Shown here piece by piece: positions 12,325-25,781 of a stretch of 64,000 bases of DNA. The translations under genes were made by a program, and so were the position numbers. Origin of the DNA: Eledone cirrhosa. Taxonomy: Eukaryota. The stretch covers positions 200,942,001-201,006,000 of the forward strand of contig OZ024743.1 of NCBI GenBank assembly GCA_964016885.1. The letters run 5' to 3'. The notes under the pieces were generated by a model. It worked only from the letters and a program-made list of their open reading frames with translations, did not search any database and was not told the DNA's origin. Position 1 is the stretch's first letter, and every line of letters starts with the position of its first letter.

Positions 12325-14399
12325 GTGTTGGTGGTGGTGGTGGTGGTGGTGGTGGTGATGATGATGATGGTGGTGGTGGTATTGGTGGTGTTTGTTGGTG
12401 GTGGTGGTGGTGGTGATGATGGTGGTGTTGTTATTGGTGATGATGATGGTGGTGGTGGTATTGGTGGTGTTTGTTGGTGGTGGTGGTGATGATGGTGGTG
12501 TTGGTATTGGTGATGATGATGGTGGTGGTGGTATTGGTGGTGTTTGTTGGTGGTGGTGGTGGTGGTGATGATGGTGGTGTTGGTATTGGTGATGATGATG
12601 GTGGTGGTGGTATTGGTGGTGTTTGTTGGTGGTGGTGATGGTGGTGGTGTTGATGATGGTGGTGGTGGTATTGGTGGTGTTTGTTGGTGGTGGTGGTGGT
12701 GATGATGGTGGTGGTGGTATTGGTGGTGTTTGTTGGTGGTGGTGATGGTGGTGGTGTTGATGATGGTGGTGGTGGTATTGGTGGTGTTTGTTGGTGGTGG
12801 TGATGGTGGTGGTGTTGATGATGGTGGTGGTGGTATTGGTGGTGTTTGTTGGTGGTGGTGGTGGTGATGATGGTGGTGGTGGTATTGGTGGTGTTTGTTG
12901 GTGGTGGTGATGGTGGTGGTGTTGATGATGGTGGTGGTGGTATTGGTGGTGTTTGTTGGTGGTGGTGGTGGTGATGATGGTGGTGGTGGTATTGGTGGTG
13001 TTTGTTGGTGGTGGTGATGGTGGTGGTGTTGGTATTGGTGATGATGATGGTGGTGGTGGTATTGGTGGTGTTTGTTGGTGGTGGTGGTGGTGATGGTGGT
13101 GGTGTTGGTATTGGTGATGATGATGGTGGTGGTGGTATTGGTGGTGTTTGTTGGTGGTGGTGGTGGTGATGGTGGCAGTGGTGGTATTGGTGGTGTTTGT
13201 TGGTGGTGGTGATGGTATTGGTGGTGGTGGTGATGATGATGGTGGTGGTGGTGGTATTGGTGGTGTTTGTTGGTGGTGGTGGTGGTGGTGGTGGTATTGG
13301 TGGTGTTTGTTGGTGGTGGTGATGGTATTGGTGGTGGTGGTGATGATGATGGTGGTGGTGGTGGTATTGGTGGTGTTTGTTGGTGGTTGTGATGGTATTG
13401 GTGGTGGTGGTGATGATGATGGTGGTGGTGGTATTGGTGGTGTTTGTTGTTGGTGGTGGTGTTTGTTGGTGTTGGTGGCTATTGTTGTTGCCAGTGATGA
13501 TGTTTGTGGTGGTGGTGGTGGTGATGGTGTTGTGTTGGTGGTATTGGTGGTGGTGGTTGTGATGATGGTGGTTGTGGTGATAATGGTGGTGGTAGTTCTG
13601 GTGGTGCTTGTTGGTGTTGGTGTTGTTGGTGGTAATGATGATGGTAGTATTGGTGGTGGTGGTGGTATTGGTGGTGTTTGTTGGTGTTGGTGTTGTTGCT
13701 GTTGTTGTTGCCAGTGGCGGTGTTGATGTTGTTGGTGGCGTTGTTTGTGGTGGTGGTGTTTGTGGTGATGGTGTGGTGTTTGTGGTGGTGTTGTTGGTGT
13801 TGGTGGTGTTGCTGATGGTGGTGATGATGGTGTTGGTGTAGTTGATGTTGGTGGTCGTGGTGCTGGTGATGACGATGATCACAGCAAGCCTGTTCTTGCT
13901 GCTGTTGTTGTTGTTGTTAGAAGTAGTAGTGGCGGTGGTGGTGGCAAGGAGGATTGTGTTGATTGTGATGATGAGAACAATGAAAATTGAAACTGATATA
14001 ATTAAGATGATGATGATGATGAGGAGGTGGAGGCGGAGGAGGAGGAGGAGGAGGAGGAGGAGGAGGAGAAGGATGAGGAGGAGGGGGATGGCAATTATGT
14101 TGATGATGATGAGATGGAGAAAGATATTTGAGGATGTTGTTGAAGATGATAATAATTGTGGTGGTGGTGGTGGTGGTTATAATGATGATGATGATGACAA
14201 TAAGTGTGATTGATGATGATTGATGATGATGATGATGATGATTATGACAATAAGTAAGATGATGATTATGCTGATGATGATGACGAAGATGATGGCAGAA
14301 AGAGGTGAGGTGAGGCAAGGAGTAGGGAGGGGACAAAATAGGTCAGAGTAGCATAATTTACTGTATGAGAGATATGGATGATACAGGTGTCAGTCATTG

Positions 14400-14442
<43 letters not shown>

Positions 14443-14465
14443 CGTCGTCGTCATCATCATCATCA
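12325..14465. repeat. (GGT)n-based minisatellite (ggtattggtggtgtttgttggtgg core) followed by (GAG)n/(GAT)n/(CAT)n
   Basis: Direct reading. Confidence 0.92.
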
Positions 14466-14580
14466 TTAACTATTAACCTAATTTTTTTCTCATTACAATC
14501 AATATTAAAAAAAAGAAATTATTTGAATTTTTATTGTTAGATTTTTTTTTCTTTTATCATCATTTCAAAAAATAAAATAA

Positions 14581-14625
<45 letters not shown>

Positions 14626-14741
14626 TATTTATTTTATTTTGTATGTGTGTGTATATAAATATAAATATGATATCAGTATATATATTATTACATTTTTTTC
14701 TTTCTTGAATCTGATTGTTAATAATGCTTTGTTTATATATA

Positions 14742-15038
14742 TATAAGGAAAAAAGAAAAGATGAAATCGAAAATGCAACAGGACCCTTTTTTAAAAAATA
14801 TATATATTTATTTGGTTCCTTTACTTGTTTCGTTCCTTTACTTGTCCTACACGAGTGAAAGTATAAGGAAAAAAGATGAAATCGAAAATGAAGAGTTCTT
14901 CTGCTTTTCAAAAGAAGAACTGCGAAACCAGTAAGGGACCAAATAAATATTTTTTAAAAAAAAAAGGACTCCAGTTCATTTTCGATTTCATCTTTTTTCC
15001 TTATACTTTCACTCGTGTAGGACACCTCGTTTTTTTTT
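14742..15038. mobile_element. Rearranged fold-back pLTR-like remnant with partial hammerhead (family shared with 38640-38810)
   Basis: tgtcctacacgagtgaaagtataaggaaaaaagatgaaatcgaaaatg is inverted at 14976-15024. Core remnant TGAAGA-gttcttct...agaagaac-tgc-GAAACCAGTA-aggga. Confidence 0.55.
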
Positions 15039-15077
15039 GATTTTGTAAAAAAACCTTACTTTCTAATATATTTATAT

Positions 15078-15412
15078 GGAGGCACATGGCTTAGTGGTTA
15101 GAGCTTTGGCCTTGCAATCGAAAGGTTGTGAGTTCAATTCTCAGACTGGGTGATGTGTTGTTTCCTTGAGCAAGACACTTTATTTCACATTGCTCCAGTT
15201 TACTCAGCTGTAGAAATGAGATGATAGGGACTGCGGTCTCTATCATTCCACTACAAAGTGGTCGTGGAGGTGCCACGGCAAAAAAGCACCCAGCACTCAC
15301 TGTAAATGAGGTTGGTGTTAGGAAGGGTATCCAGCTGTAGAAATCAAGCCAGAATCAGTTCCCGTCCCACCCTTGCAAGCAGGGAAAAAGCGGACGTAAA
15401 ATGAAATGATGA

Positions 15413-15415
<3 letters not shown>
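15078..15415 (+). mobile_element. tRNA-derived SINE with CORE-like central block and RTE-derived (GAT)n tail
   Basis: A box tggcttagtgg, B box gagttcaattc, ccttgagcaagacactt, tail cggacgtaaaatga(tga)n. A reverse copy lies at 41030-41345. Confidence 0.8.
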
Positions 15416-15427
<12 letters not shown>

Positions 15428-15445
<18 letters not shown>

Positions 15446-15991
15446 TATGAAAAGTGTAAGTTTCTACACAAAACGAAGATTATAGAGAAAATTGAGGTTG
15501 GTAATGGCACATGGAATATATAAGAGACAGAATACTTTTTTGTGAAAAAACATATAATTTTATAAGGTAAGAAAAGAATAAAGGGTATAAAAAATGACCG
15601 GTTTCGATGGGTCTGCAAAAGCCATCTTTTCAAATGTTGATTAATATTAAGAAAATTAATAATAAGAAGAGTTAAAATTTGAGATTTGAAAATTCAAGTA
15701 TAAAATTCAGTGTGGGATTTCATAGTAGTTTTCATCTTGGTAGCAGCAAGTTGACTGCTGTGTGTCCCTTTCTGGTAGTGAATGAGGAATTATTTGTGGG
15801 GAGTGGTTTTTTTTAAGGTCAGATTTAGCAATGGCCAGATGGCCAGCTGCTGGTCAGTGAGGGGGTGGAAGCAATATACATACATATATCTCCATGTGGT
15901 CGGTAGGAGAGGGGAGAGTGATAGAAAGGGATTTAGTGCACTTACACCTATATATACACATACCCTCAGCCACACACACATACATATACAT

Positions 15992-16046
<55 letters not shown>

Positions 16047-17343
16047 TATATATACATACACATACATCCAGATACACGCATACATACACACACACACACA
16101 CACATATATACACGCACACACACACATACATACACATACATACATCCACATGCACACACACACACACACACACACATACACATACATACACCCACACACA
16201 TAGAGAAATGGCCTCCAAATATATATATATACATACATACACATATATTTTTTCCATAATATAAGAAGTTAGAACAGTGAAATTAAAATACAAGTCATTC
16301 TGATCACATTGAGTTCTTCATGTAGATTGGGCCCCGCAACCGACAGTGGTGAATTCTGTGTGCGCATATATATATAGATATATGTGTGTGCACGTGCAGG
16401 GTTTAACATGGATGTGTTGGTCACACAAAGGCATGGTCTGTCAACGAATAAACCTGATTCTACAGAATTGGTCTCTGGTCTTTAATAGTAGTGATAATTA
16501 TATACATGCACACATACACACACATATCTGTCACTCCGTGCGTATGTGTGTTTATATTTTATGACAATTCTATTGGGGTGATAACCCGTTTAGTTTTGGT
16601 TTAAATTTGTTAAGGAATAGATTTTCTTTGTTTATTCTTTGTTGCTGTGTGAACGAATCTGAGCACTTGTAGAAGGGGAAGATTTTAAAGTTGGGTAGTG
16701 TCATTCCTGCGCAGTTCGCAATATGGCTGCTCAAGGGGATTTTTCTTGTGTTAGCGTCCCGGATTTGTTGGCGGTGAATGGTCATTCTTTTGCGTAATGA
16801 GGTGTCCGTCTGTCCTATGTAGTTGTGTTTGCACCCACCGCAAGTTATTGCGTAAATCAAGTTCTCCGAGTTGCAGGTGAAATTGTTTTTTACTGTAAAT
16901 GTTTGGCCATCTTTAAATGTAAATTTTTGTCCTTCAGTGAAGTAGAGGCACGTTCCACAGTTTGTTCTACCACATTTGGTAACTGTAGGGTTGAGGATTG
17001 GTTTGGGTATATTTGGTCCAGTGAGAATGCGTTTTAGTGATTTGGGTTGTCTTTTACTTTTAAGGATCTTGTGTGTTTCAAGAATAGACTTCATTTTTAC
17101 ATCTTTAAGTAGGATGGGGAGGTTTTTGTTTAGGTGATCAAACATTTCGGTATTTCTGGGGTTGAAAGTGGATACATATGGCAGGGTGTTGAGTGTGGTT
17201 TTCTGTTTTGGATTGTTAAGTTGATGGGGATTTAGGTGTTTTGCCCTCTCTATTCCATTGTTGATTATTTCAAGTGGAAAGGCTCTTAAGATAAGGGTGT
17301 CTTTTAGTTCCTTTAGTCTTTGCTCCCGTTTAGGTGGATCTGA
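15428..17343 (-). mobile_element. 5'-truncated Penelope-like element between (TA)n tracts; 3' extent inferred
   Basis: RT-thumb/GIY-YIG ORF at 16570-17343. A same-strand degenerate hammerhead downstream (~15592-15636) suggests the pLTR runs to the (TA)n at ~15428. Confidence 0.65.
16570..17343 (-). CDS. Penelope-like RT thumb/linker plus GIY-YIG endonuclease (C-terminal fragment)
   Basis: Frame is open upstream of the listed ATG: LKELKDTLILRAFP...LPYVSTFNP. Then CGRTNCGTC (CX4CX2C), NLIYAITCGGCKHNYIGQT, RMTIH, LSSH, E...PKLN. Confidence 0.9.
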   Translation of the reverse strand, partial: SDPPKREQRLKELKDTLILRAFPLEIINNGIERAKHLNPHQLNNPKQKTTLNTLPYVSTFNPRNTEMFDHLNKNLPILLKDVKMKSILETHKILKSKRQPKSLKRILTGPNIPKPILNPTVTKCGRTNCGTCLYFTEGQKFTFKDGQTFTVKNNFTCNSENLIYAITCGGCKHNYIGQTDTSLRKRMTIHRQQIRDANTRKIPLSSHIANCAGMTLPNFKIFPFYKCSDSFTQQQRINKENLFLNKFKPKLNGLSPQ

Positions 17344-17429
17344 TATATATAAATATATATATAAATATATATATAACTAGAAAATAAGTTTAGTTATTTG
17401 GAAGCCTAACAATATATGTGCCAAGGTAA

Positions 17430-17615
17430 TAATTGTTTCTACTTTTGGCACAAGGCCAGCAATTACCCAGTGCATTACTGGTACTTTATTTTATCGACCC
17501 CGTAAGGATGAAAGGCAAAGTTAACCTCAGCTGAATTTGAACTCAGATCGTAAAGGGACGTAACTACGCTGGAAAGCATGTCCGACCCTCCACCGATACT
17601 GCCAATTCACTGCCA
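17430..17615 (-). mobile_element. tRNA-derived SINE family 2 (gcctttcatccttacggggtcgataaaa block)
   Basis: Reverse complement of the copies at 20810-21000 and 57761-57952. Confidence 0.8.
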
Positions 17616-17821
17616 AGGTAATAATAATTTGAGAAAATAGGACAAAAGAACTGAGAAAAAGAGCAAGAAAGATAGAAAGTTACCTTAGCAATTTTAATGG
17701 TTCCAAATATTTTCCAATTTACCAACCGTTATCAAGAGGAGGCAATAGGTGGAGGTCTCAGGGAACAAACTGAGATGTCATTGGTGGCTGGGCGATTATA
17801 TATCTATATATATATATATAT

Positions 17822-17980
17822 CAGAAAGGGGGTGTTAAAATACCAGGTGGACCATAACCCACCAAAGTACTCGATACTTGGGGTAGTAGAGTGGGTAATA
17901 TGAAAAGATTCCGGACCCTAACGGCTGAGCTTGGGTAAAAAAGGCCGCAGCTCAGCCGTCGGGGTCCTGAATCTTTTCAT

Positions 17981-17982
<2 letters not shown>
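17822..17982 (-). mobile_element. Short fold-back element in (TA)n (family of 26704-26880 and 33022-33139)
   Basis: Hairpin atatgaaaagattc...gaatcttttcatat. Shared tail agtactcgatacttggggtagtagagtgggtaat. Confidence 0.7.
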
Positions 17983-18049
<67 letters not shown>

Positions 18050-18664
18050 TATACATACATATATGTGTGGGTGTGTATTAAGTACATTTCTTTATTAGTT
18101 TTTTGAGTTTTGCTTGAAACAATAGTATTCTAAAATCTATTAGACAATTACATTTGAAGACTTTCACAACCTCATCATCAGAATGAAATAATAATAGTAA
18201 TAGTGCATTGTTTGTGCACTTTACAGTTAGCAGTAAGAAATCATAGGAATACTGATAATACTTGCAGTGCTGGATTTATAAATCTATTCTACAGTTTATT
18301 CCTGAGTGATTTCCTAGTTAATTTCACATGCCCTATGTTGATTTTTGATTTATATTTTCTAAAGAGCCCATCTCATTTTTACGGAATTATATATAGAATT
18401 GATGTGTTGTCAACTTATGCTTTTCAATCCAATTTTATGGTTTGCTCCAACTTGTTGTAATGGTTCTTTGTTGTAAATGCATGGTTTATTGATGAGAAAG
18501 TGTTGTACTTGTGTGTCCAATTTAATAGTTTGCATCATGGAGCTTTCATACTTACATTGAACGTTTTATACTGCATCAGTTACCAGAAGTGTTTTCTATG
18601 GTTTGTTAGTTTGTAGTTTTGTGTTGATGAAGAAGTTTTACATATTGTTAATTTTTTGTAATAT

Positions 18665-18833
18665 ACCGTATTTCCTGGCGTCAACTATGCTACCTTTTTC
18701 CTAAAATAAGTTTCAAAAATCTACCATGCGTCATGGAGGCCAAAGCTTGTTTACCATTTTTTTTCAAATATTTGGTTGTCAAAATTAGGGTAGTCCTTGA
18801 GGACGAAGCGTGTTCAGTGCTGGGAAATACCAT
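18665..18833. mobile_element. Degenerate Tc1/mariner-type MITE
   Basis: Imperfect terminal inverted repeats ta-ccgtatttcctggcg ... tgctgggaaatac. Confidence 0.45.
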
Positions 18834-19382
18834 ATTACTGTAAATGTGGTTGGCATTAAGAAGCTCATCCAGCTGTAAAATCTCTGGCCAAATTTACAGT
18901 CCCGTTGGAGCTAGGTACAGCATGGCCAATTCTGGCCAGATTTTTCTCTCGATGTAGGCGACCCATCTAACCCATGCAAGCATAGAAAATGGACACTAAA
19001 CAGTGATGATGATGATGATTCTAACTATGATGAGGTATTTTGTAGGTATAATACATGTATTCTGCTTTACAAGTGTTTCCATGACATATTCACAGTGCAT
19101 TAATTGCAATATACCAACATCTGTATGCACAGTCAAGCTATTATATCACCAGCATTATCAATATGGTTAATTTTACATCAGTTTTTCCATGCTAGCATGT
19201 GCTGAATGAAATTTTTGAGGCAGAATTTTATAACTAGATGCTCTTTCTGACATCAACCCTCCTTTATTTTCTGAGTAATTTCAGATTGAATCTCTGTTTA
19301 CACAGAATTTACTGCAATGCTGGAAGCCCCCCCCCCCTCCAAGTGAAATCACTAACACTCAAATGCACAGACAGACAGACAG

Positions 19383-19416
<34 letters not shown>

Positions 19417-19933
19417 GTGCAATAAGATTCTTAACAGTCTCCATATGCCAAATTCACTCTCAAGGCTTTGGTAGGCTTGAAGCTATAGGAGAAGAATTTC
19501 CACACATTAGACTAGAACCTAAAACTATATTGTTGCGAAGTGAACTTCTTAATCAAACAACCATTCTTGTGCCTTCAGGTTACCATGGGATCAACTTTGC
19601 CTTTCACCCTTTTAAGGTTGTTAAAAAAGGACCAGTCCAGGAAGAGAGAATTGGTGGAATTGTTAATAAGTTAAGATGTGATCCAGCTCTCAGCATTCTA
19701 AGTTCTGATTCTACCACCTTCTGCCAAGAGTGGCAAATAGCGGATATTATCAGCAATAGAATCTCCAATGGAAACATTGTTTCCTTGGTGTGATCTGATG
19801 AGAATGACACAGAACTAGTCTTGTGTCATAAATTTCAAAATGAATATATATATATATATATATACATATATATATTCCCATCTAACCCATGTTAGCGTGG
19901 AACATAGACGTTAAATGATGATGATGATGATGA

Positions 19934-19986
<53 letters not shown>

Positions 19987-19992
<6 letters not shown>

Positions 19993-20258
19993 AAAGTCCG
20001 TCTTAAGCCAGAAGGCTCATTTGGCCAGTGCTTATCCCGGTTTCATGGCGTGAAGCGACTGAGATTACAAGACTCCTCCTGGACAGGACACCAGTCGATC
20101 GCAAGGTTAAATCCCCAACTTCTGCTGGTACTCATTTTCAGCTGAATATACTGGAGCAACGTGAAATGAAGTATTTTGCTCAAGAACACATCACGTATCC
20201 CAAGAATCGAACACACAACATTATGTCCGACACCCTTACCACTAGGCCACGTGCCTCC
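19987..20258 (-). mobile_element. tRNA-derived CORE-like SINE with a different tail
   Basis: Reverse strand: ggaggcacgtggcctagtggtaagg...gttcgattc...cttgagcaaaatacttcatttcacgttgctccag. Confidence 0.7.
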
Positions 20259-20382
20259 ACATATAAATATATATATATTTATATATGTATATATATGTCT
20301 GTGTTTGTGTCTGTGTGTGTGTATGTAATTGTTAAAGATAACAATGTTGAAACATATACATTATTATTATTATTATTATTAT

Positions 20383-21000
20383 GGGTGCTGGATTGGCAGT
20401 ATCTCTAGAGCGTTGGACACCATGCTTTGCAGCATAGAGTTACGGCACTTTACGGTCTGAGTTCAAATCTCACGGAGGTCAGCTTAGCTGTTCATCCTTA
20501 TGAGGGTCGATAAAATAAGCCACCAGTAATGCACTGGGGTCAATTTAATTGAATTTCTTCTCCCCCAAATTGCTGGCCTTGTGCCTATAGTAAAAATCGG
20601 TGGATTGGCAGTATCGGTAGAGGGTCGGACGTCATGCTTTGACGCATAGAGTTACGGCCCTTTCCATTCTGAGTTCAAATCCCGCCGAAGTCAATTTTGC
20701 CTTTCATCCTTACAGGGTCGATAAAATAAAGTACCAGTAATGTACTGGTACGGGTAATTTGCTGGCCTTGTGCTAAAAGTAGAAACAATTGTTATCATTA
20801 TTGTTATTAGGCGGGGGGATTGGCGGTATCGGTGGAGGGTCGGACGCCATGCTTTGCAGCATAGAGTTGCAGCTCTTTGCTGTCTGGGTTCAAATCCCGC
20901 CGAGGTTAACTTTGCCTTTCATCCTTACGGGGTCGATAAAATAAAGTACCAGTAATACACTGGGATAATTGCTGGCCTTGTGCCAAAAGTAGAAACAATT
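20383..21000 (+). mobile_element. Three tandem copies of SINE family 2 in an (ATT)n context
   Basis: Three repeats of ggattggcagtatc...gttcaaatc...tcatcctta...gtcgataaaataa...gctggccttgtgc. Confidence 0.85.
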
Positions 21001-21466
21001 ATTATTATTAGTAGTAGTGTCAGCAGCAGCAGTAGCAGTAGTAGTAGTAGTAGTAATAGTTTTGGTGACATTGGTGAGGACGTTGTGGTTGTAGTGGACG
21101 TGGATGTCCTGATAGTGGTTGTTTGTGTTGTTGTGGCTATTTACATGCAACAAAAAAGTTTATTGTTGTTTTTCTTTATAACATATGATAATTTTAAAGT
21201 ATCAACCCCACCCCGCCCCACCTCACCCCAGACACTGTTTCTACCTCCTTCCACAGCCCTGTAAAATATCCAAGTTGTACTTGACAACTAAAAGCTGCAT
21301 AGCAACCAATGTCTGCTTAGCCACCAAAATTTACCAACTACACCACACCTCACCACACCTCGCCTCAACAAATGAATGAGGGGGAGGGGTGTACATGTCC
21401 ACTTAGCCTGCTAAAAATAGCAGCCAAATCTCTTACAAATCAAATTTTATAGTCAATATATTTACA

Positions 21467-21528
<62 letters not shown>

Positions 21529-21710
21529 CTCTCTCTCTCTCTCTCTCTCTCCCTCTCTCTCCTTCTCTCTCCCTTCTTTGGTGGAAGAAATCTGGTGTAT
21601 TCAGACCTGAAGAGGAGATGGGCTCCACCAGGTTTTAAAAAGTGCCCTAGAAACGCTGCATGTCCCTACGTTGTCCCAACTACTTCATCGGGAGTTATGG
21701 GACCATATCT

Positions 21711-21794
<84 letters not shown>

Positions 21795-22314
21795 AAAAGG
21801 TGTGTTAGACTATTATGGTAGAGTGAACCTGTGTATGAGGGAGACCAAGAAAGATATGGTGTGAAGTTGTGCTGAATTATCTCAAGAAGTTGAACCCCTC
21901 AAAGATGTCATATGACCAAACTAACTGGTGATATGACATAATACAAAAGCTCCATCCACCAGTACAAGCACTGGAGCACTAAAAGTAAATGTAAGCAAGG
22001 TGAGGGACTAGAGACTACAGTGTTGCTGATCAAACAAAATCAATATATAGTTTGCAAGGACTTTTCTGTCTGGAGGAAAACATGACAATTTATCTAGTTC
22101 TTTGCCTTTCATCATTTCGAGGTCGATAGATAAAGTGTCAACTCACTTTTGGGGTTGATTCTTCCTCTGCAGGGTGGGGTGTGGTGGGGTGGATGGTGAG
22201 GATGTTCTACACAGCATAGTGGGGGTGGTAATAGTGGTGTGGGACATGTCGATTGACTCATTTTCATTAGATTACCGGTATTTAGTTTATTGACGAAAGC
22301 AAAGTTGACCTTGG

Positions 22315-22847
22315 CAGGATAACAACAGCAATTAGAAAACAGCAGCAGCAGTAGCCACAACAACAACAACAACAACACCAACAATAACAACAAAACACAT
22401 ACAATAAAAACAATAACAAAATATAAATAACAACAACAGCAATAACAGCAACAAAAAACATACAATAAAAACAATAACAACAATAATAAAATATACAATA
22501 ACAATAATAACAGCAACAAAATTATACAGCAATAACAACAACAACAACAACAACAGCATTGCAAAATCAGACAACAATAACAACAACAACAGCATTAAGA
22601 AAGCTGACAATAACAATAACAAACACAAAACTTACAATAATGATAATGTGATATACAATAAATGAATACAATAAGAATTATCCCCAACAACAGCAGCAAT
22701 CAGAACAAAAACATCAACAGCAACATCAACATCAACAACAACATCAACAATAACAACAATAACAACAATAGTAACAACAACTACAACAACAATAAATAAT
22801 AATGATAATGATAATAATAATAACAACAACAACAACAACAATAATAC

Positions 22848-22882
<35 letters not shown>

Positions 22883-22927
22883 GTAGTAGTAATAATAATA
22901 GTAATAATAACAACAATAACAATAACT
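22315..22927. repeat. (AAC)n/(AAT)n compound microsatellite
   Basis: Direct reading. Confidence 0.9.
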
Positions 22928-25552
22928 AAATCACCGAGAAAAGACCTAATTAAGCATGAGGCACAGTTGTGCATATTAAGGGCTATTTCCAATGGCAGAG
23001 AAGAGTGGAGAAAATTCTTAATTTCATCTTTGCTAAGAGGGCGCCACTGGCCAATATTCATTTCCTCCTAATTTCTTGGCAATCATGATTAAAAGGGGAA
23101 AAAGATTCCATCTGTTCATTGCATTCTTTGCTGCAGTTTAACATCCTGCAAGTTGCAACTGCAACTGCTTGATACATCTGCATCACAAATGCAAGCAACA
23201 GGAACAAAAGACTGCAGTCCCAACATGGATAACCTCATTAGAATTATTAATATCCAAACCCTTCCAAGAATTCATTTCATTAGTCATGTCTTAGTCAAAA
23301 GCAACTCTACACCCCAAACACCCCGTCCATACTCTCTTCCTTCCCCACCACACACAAATGCATACACATAAATATACATATAAACATACACATAAACATA
23401 CACATAAGCATACACATAAACACGCACACACAAACAAATATATCCATACTCATAAACATACACATACACATACATGCACATAAACATAAACATACACATA
23501 CAAACAAACATACACAAAACATACACACACAGACAACCAGACACAGACATAAACATACAGGAACACACATACATACAAACACACACAGATACACATACAC
23601 ACATACATACACACAAACATATACAAACAAACACATAAATGCAAAGATACACAAACATACATATACACAAAAATACACACACACACACACATTCACACAC
23701 ACAAACGTACATACAAACATACAAAACTACACACACACACTAACACACACACACATACACTAACACAGACACACACACTAACATACACACACACTAACAC
23801 ACACATACACTAACACACACACACACACACACACACTAACACACAGGCACATACACACATACATTACTTCAATTTTGTTCTTGTTATAATTCCTACTCTT
23901 CTGGTCTTGCTAAAGTTTTCTTCTAGAAATTTTCGCCGTTAATTACATGCCTGACTTATTCACATGCAAATGGAATGTTCATTTCGGTAAATGCGGATTC
24001 CATCGTTGATTTCACATTTCATGTGTGCAAGAAAGACAGTTGCAGTTTTCAAGTATTTCGATGCTGCTGCACTAGTTTTATTGCACAACTTGCCATAAGG
24101 AATTTTTGATCAGTGTTGAAATCAACCAAGATTAAAAATCACACACAAAAAAAAAAAATAATAATAATAATAATAAATAACAACAATAATAAATAAATAA
24201 ATAAATAAATAAAATGAAATAAATAAATGAATAAATAAAATAAAATAAATAAATAAAATAAGAATAAAATGGATTAAAAAATAATAATAATAAAAAAAGA
24301 CAGACAATTGTTAAACTCCCAAAATCAAACTGACTTTTGAAGGCATATACATTTTTTCATTTATAGAAATTTTATTTGTTTCTATTACAGCATATTGCAA
24401 CATTCAGAGAAAGAAACTACAAATATAAAAATAATAAAAATGATAACAACAATATTAACTGTATGTTTATCAATGTTGTCAGTTGCATGTTTATATTCAT
24501 TGTTCCATATCGACAGTGGCCAGACATGTTCCATCTGTCTGAAGGACAGACTCTCTTATACCTGTCCAAATGCTTAGTCACCTTCTTAGGTCAGAGTGAA
24601 CTATTCCCCTTTCTTGATGACTTTTTCATTACATCACACTCAAGGATGCCATCACTTTCTCTGCTAGAGATAGCAGCCAACTACCCCTCAAAATACACAC
24701 TACCCTATTTAAAAAGGAAAGGAAGGGAAGAACACAGATAATGAAGCCTTATCTACCCCTAAACAAAATAGCATAGAAAGATACTTATCAGAAGCTGACC
24801 AGGAGGCAACAACAACAACAATGACACTTAGTTTAGCTATCACTTAGTCTATTTAATTATCACTAACTGAATTTTCTCAGAGGCAAGAACTCATTACAAA
24901 TGATAATCAACTCCATTGTCACTCAATGTGTTCTTATGAAAATCTCAACTACTTTTGTGACATTTGGTTTTAGTTATCAAACACAAATCACAAATTGCTG
25001 ACAAATCCTTCCTTTTTCACCTCAGCAACTTTAGGAACATTTTAAAACCTGTAATTTCTTTATGTAACTATGTCCATCTATCCCTAACACGTAGAAGGAA
25101 CTAAATTCCTCATTACACTTTAATCTCAACAACTTAAAGCCAGCTTATGCTAGTGTAGTTTTCAGGAATTTCCCCCATTAACATCTCTTCTGTTTTGGAT
25201 CGTTTGTTTCATTAGCCTCATTCTCTTTGTGATGCCAGTCCCAGAAAGGTCAATTTGAAAGAATATCATTAGACATGGCTGTGTGGTTATGAAATCTGTT
25301 TCATAACCACCTGATTTTAGGTTTGATCTCACTATTCAGAACCTTGGGCAAGTGTTTTCCTTCTACCATTGCATAGGTTGACCAAAGTCCTATGAATGTA
25401 ATTTTGTAAATGAAAACTATCTGCAAAATCCATCATATATTTTATTCTTTTTTTTTTTTCATTCTTTTATCAGTTTCATTCCAATGACTGAAACTCTGTT
25501 GAAACACCAACTCCAAGAGTTTAGTGGATCATATCAACCTTAGTGCTAATGT

Positions 25553-25781
25553 TTAACCCGTTGGAATTTAAACTGGCCATATCCAGCCAGAATTCTCTCA
25601 CCTCTTTCTGTTCAAACTGGCCATAACTGGCTGCTCATATTTATGTTAAGGTATTGTTCTCAAAATAAATAATATCAAAATCTCATTGATTCGATATTAT
25701 ATGAGATAATTATGTGAGATAAAGCCTTTACTGTGAAAATACAATAGTAAATATAGAGTAATGTAAATGCTAAAGGGTTGA
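25553..25781. mobile_element. piggyBac-like MITE (~225 bp); other copies at 46090-46319, 46603-46831, ~52720-52933 and a fragment at 50380-50433
   Basis: ttaa-ccc...taaatgctaaaggg-tt(a)a termini, with internal sequence shared among copies. Confidence 0.7.

Noticed and set aside
8503-13882. Long Thr/Asn/Pro/His-rich ORFs (504 aa, 483 aa) resembling mucins
   Set aside because: Stop-free translations of trinucleotide satellites, open in several frames on both strands.
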